Shown piece by piece: positions 9,641-17,850 of a DNA stretch of 64,000 bases. The translations under genes and the position numbers were made by a program. Numbering within the stretch: the first letter of the stretch is position 1; each line of letters starts with the position of its first letter. Source of the stretch: a virus. The notes under the pieces were generated by a model. That model did not search any database. It was given only the letters and a program-made list of their open reading frames with translations, and was not told the origin of the DNA. The DNA lies in IMG/VR virus record IMGVR_UViG_3300031521_000011, positions 1-64,000 of that record. One strand, given 5' to 3'.

Positions 9641-9892
9641 CTACTCTGTAACTTTAGCTGCTTCCTTGGCTGCCTTTCCAGCCTTGATAGCGTCAATGGT
9701 ATTCTCTACCATCTCGCCTACGAACCCGCCGGCCACCATGCCGCCTGCGACAACAATGCCGCTGTTGAACGAAGTGCCGATAAGAGAAGTGCTGCTGGTG
9801 TCTTCATGGGATGGATTAAGGGCGTCAACGCCCACGAGAGTCAGTCCGATTGCGCCGCCGATGACAGCACCGATTTTTGCACCTTTTTTCAT
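9641..9892 (-). CDS. Small glycine-zipper membrane protein
   Basis: GAKIGAVIGGAIG and GGMVAGGFVG segments; RBS. Confidence 0.7.
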   Translation of the reverse strand: MKKGAKIGAVIGGAIGLTLVGVDALNPSHEDTSSTSLIGTSFNSGIVVAGGMVAGGFVGEMVENTIDAIKAGKAAKEAAKVTE

Positions 9893-9964
9893 TTTGATTT
9901 CCCCTTTTCTTATTTAATATAGAATCCCTGATTGCGCCTGTATCAGGGTAATCCCCAAATAGAA

Positions 9965-10054
9965 CTACCTCCATATCCGCAAACCACACTTTACCAGTGA
10001 TTTAAGTATGAAGTTAGCAATAAAAACGAGTATCTTAATGATACTCACCTCCAT
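9965..10054 (-). CDS. Putative 29-aa hydrophobic peptide (MEVSIIKILVFIANFILKSLVKCGLRIWR)
   Basis: Open 30-codon frame immediately after the conserved motif (10056-10070); below the ORF-track cutoff. Confidence 0.3.
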   Translation of the reverse strand: MEVSIIKILVFIANFILKSLVKCGLRIWR

Positions 10055-10104
10055 ATTTTATTTCTTATACCAAAGGATGGATAAAGTGTAAAAAGAAACC
10101 CGGC

Positions 10105-10296
10105 TTATCGCCGGGTTCTTACGTTGTATTTCATTTGAGCTGTCATGCGCTCCTCACGTTCTCGGCGACCCATCTCACAATCGTACTCCTCTTGGAGCCT
10201 GGTGAGGTGGGCATTTACCCTAAACTTATTGATAATCCTAAATACAGGATATCCGAAAATCACAATAAATAACAAGACCCATCCAAACCAATCCAT
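10105..10296 (-). CDS. Small single-TM membrane protein
   Basis: MDWFGWVLLFIVIFG; GGAGG RBS; motif at 10314-10328. Confidence 0.65.
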   Translation of the reverse strand: MDWFGWVLLFIVIFGYPVFRIINKFRVNAHLTRLQEEYDCEMGRREREERMTAQMKYNVRTRR

Positions 10297-10382
10297 CTCC
10301 ATACCTCCATGTGTTTTATATCTTATACCCAATATATGGAAATATAGAAGGAATAAGGTGCGCCTTGCAGCGCACCTTGTGA

Positions 10383-11084
10383 TTATAGATCCTCCGGAAG
10401 CTTAACGCCACACTCATCGCAGATCTTCCTCAGATCGAGCGGCCAGCCATTCGTCTCCATGTCATTGTACAGGCTAAGGTCCATCTCGCCCACAGATACC
10501 ACCATAAGATACATGCAGGATATGATTACATCAGCAATAGTACTATTATATAGCCTTCCTTTAGATTTAAAGTAGTCGCAAACCTTATAGCAACTATATA
10601 CTGCGTCAGCCTTGCGAGTTCCTTGTATTGCGCGATTAGACATAGACCGAAATAATTTACTTATCCACTTTGCGGTGAATCCTTTGGTCCATAACCACGC
10701 CCATACCCTAAACGAAATATTCTTTTCGACAAGCATCATGCACTTTAACATGATTTGGATTTTTTGCATATCAGACATGCTGACTTCGTCGATTCGCTTA
10801 ATAGGCATTAAGGATGTGCAGCCCATCTTGCAAAGGCGATCAAAATGGTGTACACCACCGGACTCCATAACCCACAATACCTTACCATGGTCATATACAT
10901 CGTCCATTAAGTGGGCCGGAGACAAGAGCTGCGCTATCCTTGGGTCAACATAGCCGTGATACCAGCCTGAAGTGCATAGCCTCCCATCCTCTCGTGGGTA
11001 TATGATATACCGTGTAATACCAGCTTCCCATTGAGTGTAATTTTTGGTCTGATTCTTCGGGTTGGTGTATTTGTATACCTTCAT
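10383..11084 (-). CDS. Hypothetical protein, paralogue of 11084..11785
   Basis: Shared N-terminal MKVxK...WExG...LCxxxW[YF]HxY domain. Confidence 0.7.
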   Translation of the reverse strand: MKVYKYTNPKNQTKNYTQWEAGITRYIIYPREDGRLCTSGWYHGYVDPRIAQLLSPAHLMDDVYDHGKVLWVMESGGVHHFDRLCKMGCTSLMPIKRIDEVSMSDMQKIQIMLKCMMLVEKNISFRVWAWLWTKGFTAKWISKLFRSMSNRAIQGTRKADAVYSCYKVCDYFKSKGRLYNSTIADVIISCMYLMVVSVGEMDLSLYNDMETNGWPLDLRKICDECGVKLPEDL

Positions 11085-11785
11085 TACTCAGCCTCCTTGT
11101 AGTTCAGCACCTTGAAGCCGCACTGGTCCATGAACGCGAACAGATCAAACTTATTAAGCTCATGGCATGGATCAGTAAGGAGGTCATTGATGCCCTCACC
11201 CAGATAATCTATTATGGCACTTGGGTTAAAGCTATCGACTTTAATAATGCGGTGAGCGGTCCTGGAAATGCATTCCTCATACATCTTATTGGAATACTTG
11301 TCAAGATCTACAAATAAATCATCATCATCTTGTGTGAGCTGTTTCTCTTCCCTAGCATCATATTCATCAAGCCACTTAACACATCCTCGGTAAAAATCCT
11401 CTTTATAACACACCCGATCCTTGCTGCAGGCAAGGACATATAGCCTGACCAACATCAGCCACGCCGACGTAAGATCTACTTCCGGCCACGGTATCTCTTT
11501 GGTAAGGGTCAGTTCTGTGCAGCCCATCTTATCCTTCTCTATAGAATGCCTAATAGCCCCCTCTGCCTCCGCCTCGAATAGCAGTACATTATTCCAACCG
11601 CAATGCAGTGCTCTATGGAAGAGCGCTACCTGGCGCAGGTCATGATAGCAATGGAACCAGTGGCAGTTGCATAAGCATGCTTCAGAGTCTATCAGAGCCC
11701 TATTGATACTATTCTTCTTACCGACTTCCCATTCCGTGGCGCCATTGGTCATCATGCTCGCCATTGTCACTTTGAATACCTTCAT
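11084..11785 (-). CDS. Hypothetical protein, paralogue of 10383..11084
   Basis: Same shared domain; GGAGGAG RBS before MKVFKV; motif at 11820-11834. Confidence 0.7.
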   Translation of the reverse strand: MKVFKVTMASMMTNGATEWEVGKKNSINRALIDSEACLCNCHWFHCYHDLRQVALFHRALHCGWNNVLLFEAEAEGAIRHSIEKDKMGCTELTLTKEIPWPEVDLTSAWLMLVRLYVLACSKDRVCYKEDFYRGCVKWLDEYDAREEKQLTQDDDDLFVDLDKYSNKMYEECISRTAHRIIKVDSFNPSAIIDYLGEGINDLLTDPCHELNKFDLFAFMDQCGFKVLNYKEAE

Positions 11786-12372
11786 TGTAATTCTCCTCCC
11801 ATAATAATACATTTCTGTATTTTATTACTTATACATATAGCCAAAAAAGAGGTGGGCTTAAGCCCATCTCTTAAATGTAATTAGGTACTTGTCAGCATCC
11901 GACAGCTCCAGCCGGGTAACTGAGGCGACATTGCGGCTCATGAATCGCAGTTGGCTTTCGATGTTCTTCTTGCTATCGTCCGGGAATGTGCTTATGTCAA
12001 CGATATGATCTGAGCATTCAGCACCAGCCCGGCTTATTTCAAGCTGTAAGGCGCAGAGACTCGCGGCTATCCCGATACTCATGTCGTCACCAGATATCTC
12101 GTGCCCTCGATGAGGGTTATAAAGATAGTTGGCCCGAACCATGGTATCAACGATACGATCCCTGAATGGTACTGTTCAGGAACATCAGCCAAGTCTATCT
12201 CAACCTGACCTGTGCCGTCGTGCATGCACTCAGAAATCTGAAGATGAATTGGGAGTAGGTACCTGGACATCGGCGAAGAAGACGGCGTTTCAACTGTCAT
12301 AATAGATCCCCCTTGAATGTTTTATCGCTTATACCCAATATTTAGGCGAAAAAAAAAAGGGGGCCGAAGCCC

Positions 12373-12921
12373 CTATAGTCTGCATTCCCCAATGTAACGC
12401 AGCACAGTTATTGCTGCATCGTACTGGGATTGAAAGCTTTGGTGCTTGTCGAGATTCTGCGCCCCGACATCTGCTGCAATTAAATGCAGAAGGTCCCACA
12501 CCAGATCTGACCCGTATTTCTGTACGAGCCCGCGTATGGCAGTTACGGAGTCAAGCGCTTGGCCAAACCCAAGCCCATAGTCATGCTCGCCGATGAGGAT
12601 GAGGATTTGCCTAAGCTCCTCTTCGTCGAGGAGATCACCAACCATGGGGCGCAGAATCCTTTCTGCAATCTCAACGCTTGGCTTGGCATGATTATAGAAA
12701 TGGTCCACGCCATCCCTTGTGAACTTCACGACGGGCTTACCAATGTCGTGAAGGAGGGCGGCCACTCTCACATCGCCAGTGTAGCCAGCGCTATTCAAGT
12801 AGGCGCGATTCATATGCTCGCCTACATTGAACAGGTGAAAGGCATTGTTCTGCTCACAATTGATGCAAGTCTTGTATTCCTCGCTGGCCCGGATAGCTTT
12901 GACGATTTTGGAAATCTTCAT
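12373..12921 (-). CDS. HD-domain metal-dependent phosphohydrolase
   Basis: H...ALLHDIGKP...FYNHA...GEHD...AAD pattern; RBS before MKISK. Confidence 0.85.
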   Translation of the reverse strand: MKISKIVKAIRASEEYKTCINCEQNNAFHLFNVGEHMNRAYLNSAGYTGDVRVAALLHDIGKPVVKFTRDGVDHFYNHAKPSVEIAERILRPMVGDLLDEEELRQILILIGEHDYGLGFGQALDSVTAIRGLVQKYGSDLVWDLLHLIAADVGAQNLDKHQSFQSQYDAAITVLRYIGECRL

Positions 12922-13187
12922 AGCAATGTCCCCTTTGAATGTTTTATGGCTTATACGCCATATTTGAGTGGTTTGAAATGCCTGCACCGCCCCCAACACC
13001 CCCTCATTACAGCGTCAGAGATGTGAGCGACAAAGAGCGGATGCATAGTATGCGTGCCCGGCTCTGCTGGCGGGGCGTGCATCGACGTAAGGAGTGCACG
13101 GTGGCGCCGCCAGCATGGATAACGCCTCTGGCGACTCTGGCGATGTGAGTATGCATACAATGTATAATTATACAAAAAAATTCCTTG

Positions 13188-13652
13188 TTGGCACGGTACC
13201 CCCCTCTCTTGGCAGAGAAGTGCCCTCTCTTGGCAGAGAAGTGCCCTCTCTTGGCAGACTCTTGGCAGACAAATTGGTAAAAAAAGGAAATTTTTCTTAT
13301 AAATGTATAAAGCTAAAACGTGCCAGAATGGCTCTATTACTTATATATATATAATAATATAATATATATATATACAGTAGTATACAGATGGCTGCCAAGA
13401 GAGGAGAGGGAAAACATATAAGGAGATAATTTTTATTTTTTCTTTAAAAGAAATTGCTCTTTTCAAAAAAAAAATATTTATACCCCCGGGTACCTTTTCT
13501 GAGAATTTCGTGCCTCTTGGCAGAGAAATGCCCTCAAACCCGCATGAATCCTCACTTTACCAGTTTTTGCCTGTGCCAAGAGAGGGGGGTATCGTGCCAA
13601 GAGACCATGTTTTTCTGCCAACAGTTGGCACAAAGTGCCCCCTTGTTGGCAC
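13188..13652. repeat. Iteron-like direct and inverted repeats (TTGGCA core) around an AT-rich segment; candidate replication origin
   Basis: 21-bp CCCTCTCTTGGCAGAGAAGTG in tandem from 13202; 27-bp inverted pair at 13188-13214 and about 13574-13600 (1 mismatch); (TA)n-rich run at 13341-13374. Confidence 0.6.
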
Positions 13653-14101
13653 GCGAAGCGTCCGATTTCCACTTCCGTGCTGTAATGGAGGAGCTCTGGG
13701 CTCTGAAATTATGCCCTGGATGTCATCGCCGGCCGCCTTGCGGGCAGATTTTGCAGACCAATGTGGTAGCAAAACGGAGCATGAGCGAGAAAAACCCTCG
13801 TATGTAACACTTGGTGAAAGAAGGATTGATGCCAAGGCTGAATATGGGGAGTGGAAAAGTGGATAGGGTTGTGAGCATATGGCTGTTGACATATGGCTTG
13901 AAAATGCAAACGATTTTGTTTGCATTGGAGGAAAGCAAAGGATTTTGTTTGCATTCGGTTGACAAAACAGAGGGAATAGGAGGATTGGTTGACAAATGGG
14001 GTGAGGAATGACTTTGACGACTCTGACGTTGCGCCCGGGGATGGATGTGTTTTATAATGATGGGGAGATTGGTAAGGCAACCTGGACCTGTTGATACTGC
14101 T

Positions 14102-14130
14102 TTGCCGTCATAGTGTTACTGTGTTATAAT
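14102..14130 (+). promoter_or_regulatory. Sigma70/SigA-type promoter for the plus-strand block
   Basis: TTGCCG-N17-TATAAT with extended -10 TG. Confidence 0.5.
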
Positions 14131-14169
14131 AAGCCGAATTACAGCGCTCACGCAGAAAGGAGTCGCATC

Positions 14170-14364
14170 ATGGAAAAAACAGGAACGATATACTGTGGTA
14201 TGAACATATACATCAATCCTTTAACGGGTGAACAGTTCCAGAAGACTGCAGGCGAGAAGTTTGAACGCATGGACTCACGCCAATTGAAAGTCGAACAGCG
14301 CTTCATAAAGAAGCATGCGAAAGATATGGCTAACAAGATAGGGGAGGTTGCACTCAATGGATAA
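14170..14364 (+). CDS. Small hypothetical protein
   Basis: GAAAGGAG RBS before MEKTG; overlaps the next gene. Confidence 0.6.
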   Translation: MEKTGTIYCGMNIYINPLTGEQFQKTAGEKFERMDSRQLKVEQRFIKKHAKDMANKIGEVALNG

Positions 14365-16876
14365 GTTTGCTGCAAGTTTGGCTGAAGGTTTCATTCCAGA
14401 AAGAACCATGCAAATGAACCTCGATCCTCAGTACGATCAGATTCGCAAAACTGCCGGCATGGTGCTCCATGGCAAGAAATCTGATGACATCAAGAAGTTC
14501 GTTTTGAATTATATACGCCCTGACCTGAAGGCCGCTGGTGTTGAGGGCGAATTGAGCTGCTCTATAGAGTCCTCGGATGTTGGAAAAAATGACAATAGCG
14601 ATATACTGGAAGGAACTGGAAAGGTAAACATTAAGAAGGATGGGGCCACAATTTCCATTCCTTTCGTCGTTTCTAGCGGAGAAGTTTCCATTGATGTGAT
14701 TCAAGTTGCCGATAAAACGATACCTTACGACAGAGAGAACTTAGGAAAAATATTTGAGGCACTTGGCCATGCTGGAAAAGAAAAAGCAGCGTTCGATGGC
14801 ACATCCGGCTTTATCGGAACAGAGAAGCCCATTGCCATGAGCACTGACCCAGGCTTCCTTGCTGATGTCATGCAGATTCGTGACAAGCATGTCAGCAAGA
14901 ACATTGTTGATGGAAATCATTATGTCTATGCCTTCGAGCATCTTGACACTGCTCTCGAAAAGACTGCGGGTATCGCCGAACTGACGAAGGCATCGTTGGC
15001 GACGATAGAGCAGCTTGCTGTAGCAGCATTTGAAAATGAAGTCGAAGAGCAGATCAAGAAAGCATGCGCGGGCACGGAAGACATGGATAAACTGGCAGAA
15101 GATGTCAGGATGTTCCTTGAGGACGCAGCCGGCCTGTCCTGGAAGCTTGCATCGCAGATTGCTGATGGCCAGCACATTGTCTTCCCTGAGAAGAATGGAA
15201 AAGAAATTTCAATGACTCACGCTGTAGTGTTCAAAAATGCATTGCTTATGCGTGAACCATACGATATGGCGCAATCATTAAGCGACAGCGCTTCTCCGTA
15301 TGAACATGATCGCAACAACCTGCAGAAGATGGAGTATGACAATAAGAAAAACTCCATTATCATTATCACGAACGACAACAGATTTGTTGTTCTTCAAAAC
15401 AACGAACCATTCTGGGCTATTGAGTCGGATGAGTCGTGGACATTCAAAACAACAACCCCATGGGCTATGCAGCCGAGCAGCATTTACTGCGGCATATTCG
15501 GTAACTCCATCACGTTCCCTTTCCAGGTTCGTTATGTTGAAAATGCAACCAAGCGGGATGTCAACGCTCCAATGCCTGATGGCATCATTGAGTCCACAAT
15601 GGCTCAGGTCGACAACATCCCGAAGATCCTCAGGGCTCGCTGTTCTGAATGGCCTTCGGAGAATCACAGCTTCAACCTGATGGGCATCCCTGGCACAAGA
15701 TTTAAGGCGTTGACAGCGCAAGCAGCGCAAGATGCGTGGAAGGGCCTAATGAAGGATATCTCTCCTGAGTGGGCGATGAGAATCATGGCCACCACCAGTT
15801 ATGGCGATGTCTGGGCTACCGACCCTGAACTCACCCGTCTCATTCCCATCAAAGGATTCATCGGAGATTATCTGCGCAATGCAAAGCAAGTCGAGTTCAC
15901 CGCCGGTGATACCCTGTTTAAGGAAGCCGGCAGCCAGATGGTCAAGCTCACGTGCTATGACAAGATGCGTGGCATCTTTGATGTTTATGTGCAATACAAA
16001 AACGACGTCAACAAGATCTTCAAGACCACCATCAAAACCTTCAACAAAGTTGACCGCTATACCGTTATGGGCATCCTTCGCACCATCGGGTTTGCTCCTT
16101 CCGAAGTGGTTGAGTTGGTTGAGAAGGCCAGCATCAACAACACAGCCTCCGCCGATATGCCAAAGGATGCAACCCCTGAGAACATCGAAGGCGGCGACAC
16201 TCAGACAAAGGCAAGAGCTCTTGTGAAGAAGCTCGTCGGCAAGGCTTTGACAGCAGACAACGTCAGCAATATGGGCGCATCCATCGCCGGGGCCCAGCTC
16301 GCAGACATCGCAGAAGACAATGACAATCTCAAGCACATCCTCACATCCGTGCATGAGTGGACAAAGAAGTCAGAGTTGTGTGCATGTGAATTCGAGAAGC
16401 TTGCCATCGAGACACAGTCGGACCAGGCACTCAACGTGGCCAAAGTATTGGTCTCAGCATACTACACCGGCACAGCAATCGGTGATGCCTGCAATGGCAA
16501 GGTCATGAATCATTTCAAGGAAGCGATGGAGTCCGTTCGCGCTGCTCAACCCGAGATCGAGAAGCTTGCCTACGAACTTATTGCTATGAAGATAGACGGA
16601 TTCAAGGCTGGCACACAGATCATTTCTCCGAATCTCATTACAGCAGCCATCGGATGCATGGACAGGTTGGTCAAGGTGGCCAACTCTGGCGGCACGGCAC
16701 ACTCAGAAGTGATTTGTGAGGAGTGTGGTAAGAAGGCCGAGGCCGGGCAGCAGCTCATCCAGGGTAAATGCCCCGCATGCTACCAGGAAGAGCAGCAGAA
16801 AAGCAATGACGGCAGCGCTACGGTGATCCAGGATGACAAAGACAGAGTAACCCCAGTATCATCATCAATGCAGTAG
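14357..16876 (+). CDS. Large K-x-A-rich protein with C-terminal Zn ribbon, probably virion/head associated
   Basis: 839 aa; GGGGAGG RBS; more than ten K-x-A sites (MDKFA, EKTA, DKLA, EKLA twice, FKEA twice); CEEC...CPAC. Confidence 0.6.
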   Translation: MDKFAASLAEGFIPERTMQMNLDPQYDQIRKTAGMVLHGKKSDDIKKFVLNYIRPDLKAAGVEGELSCSIESSDVGKNDNSDILEGTGKVNIKKDGATISIPFVVSSGEVSIDVIQVADKTIPYDRENLGKIFEALGHAGKEKAAFDGTSGFIGTEKPIAMSTDPGFLADVMQIRDKHVSKNIVDGNHYVYAFEHLDTALEKTAGIAELTKASLATIEQLAVAAFENEVEEQIKKACAGTEDMDKLAEDVRMFLEDAAGLSWKLASQIADGQHIVFPEKNGKEISMTHAVVFKNALLMREPYDMAQSLSDSASPYEHDRNNLQKMEYDNKKNSIIIITNDNRFVVLQNNEPFWAIESDESWTFKTTTPWAMQPSSIYCGIFGNSITFPFQVRYVENATKRDVNAPMPDGIIESTMAQVDNIPKILRARCSEWPSENHSFNLMGIPGTRFKALTAQAAQDAWKGLMKDISPEWAMRIMATTSYGDVWATDPELTRLIPIKGFIGDYLRNAKQVEFTAGDTLFKEAGSQMVKLTCYDKMRGIFDVYVQYKNDVNKIFKTTIKTFNKVDRYTVMGILRTIGFAPSEVVELVEKASINNTASADMPKDATPENIEGGDTQTKARALVKKLVGKALTADNVSNMGASIAGAQLADIAEDNDNLKHILTSVHEWTKKSELCACEFEKLAIETQSDQALNVAKVLVSAYYTGTAIGDACNGKVMNHFKEAMESVRAAQPEIEKLAYELIAMKIDGFKAGTQIISPNLITAAIGCMDRLVKVANSGGTAHSEVICEECGKKAEAGQQLIQGKCPACYQEEQQKSNDGSATVIQDDKDRVTPVSSSMQ

Positions 16877-16886
16877 GAGTGAAGAC

Positions 16887-17786
16887 ATGGAGAAAATAGC
16901 GGAAGAATCAAATGCTCGCGCAATGAAGGGCGCCAACTCGGAAAGATTGTATACCGCACTGCGCCTGGCTGAGCTGAAAGAAGTGGAGCAATATAAAAAG
17001 GATAACAAGAAATCTATCCTTACCGGCGTAGCGGCCGGCATTGCTCCCCCTGTGATCGGTGCTTTGATTGGCTCTCGTATTGGGAGCAAAGAATACAGAG
17101 GCGCCAGGGCTATTGCTGGCGGAATTGCGGGCGGCGTCCTTTCTCCATTTACTGGCACGGGCGCCTATGTCTTAGATGCGTGGCGAAGGGCAAACAAAAG
17201 AACCTTCAACCACCCGGCGCTGGTGAGAGAAATGCTTGAGGAGAAGAATGCCTCCGAGGATCGCATCGATATGTATAAAGACCAAATCATGGAAAAAGTA
17301 GCAACATCCGCATGGCGCTCTCGCGTTCACCATATGTTCAACGCCGGGGATATTCATGGTGCTGCAGATATGCTCGGCAGGATAAAAGCATCTCCATACA
17401 AGAGCCTTGTAGCTGATTCTTTTCGTAAGGGCGCTACAAACGATGCCTATCTGTTACTCAAGCAGAATGGCAAAGATGGATTGATGAAGGGTATTGCTAA
17501 TCTCCAAGAATCATTAAAGATGCGTCAACGAGCTGGAGAGGCTCTAATCACAAGCTCGCCAAAGACTGGATTTGTTCACTATGAATTGGAGTCTGCAAGA
17601 AGGTCGCTGAACAACAATAAGCAGCGGTTGGCTGATAAGACTCAGAGGTACGGCGCAACACCTAGCCCAAAGAATCAGGAATATCTGAATGATCTAAGGC
17701 AGCGTATCCGGAGGGATGAAACTGACCTGCATCGCGCCAAAACAAACGCCCGTGTTTATCTCAATGGAGCCAAGGGTAATAAGTAA
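16887..17786 (+). CDS. Two-module K-x-A leader protein (Gly-zipper module plus TSAW module)
   Basis: MEKIA start; internal YKDQIMEKVA-TSAWRSRV junction; second module homologous to the tail of the SNF2 protein. Confidence 0.7.
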   Translation: MEKIAEESNARAMKGANSERLYTALRLAELKEVEQYKKDNKKSILTGVAAGIAPPVIGALIGSRIGSKEYRGARAIAGGIAGGVLSPFTGTGAYVLDAWRRANKRTFNHPALVREMLEEKNASEDRIDMYKDQIMEKVATSAWRSRVHHMFNAGDIHGAADMLGRIKASPYKSLVADSFRKGATNDAYLLLKQNGKDGLMKGIANLQESLKMRQRAGEALITSSPKTGFVHYELESARRSLNNNKQRLADKTQRYGATPSPKNQEYLNDLRQRIRRDETDLHRAKTNARVYLNGAKGNK

Positions 17787-17798
17787 ATCCGCTTGACA

Positions 17799-17838
17799 AG
17801 CCCTAGCAATTGCTAGGGCTTTTTCTTTACTGTATAAT
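17799..17838 (+). terminator. Intrinsic terminator overlapping a SigA-like promoter (TTGCTA-N17-TATAAT)
   Basis: AGCCCTAGC-AATT-GCTAGGGCT followed by TTTT. Confidence 0.55.
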
Positions 17839-17850
17839 GAATGGCGTGAG

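Noticed and set aside
13202-13270. 21-bp repeats as a CRISPR array
   Set aside because: The repeats are directly adjacent with no spacers, and no cas genes are present
13094-14080. ORFs in the origin-like region, such as the VPSLGRE repeat ORF
   Set aside because: No convincing RBS, mutually overlapping, and the peptide repeats are a by-product of DNA repeats
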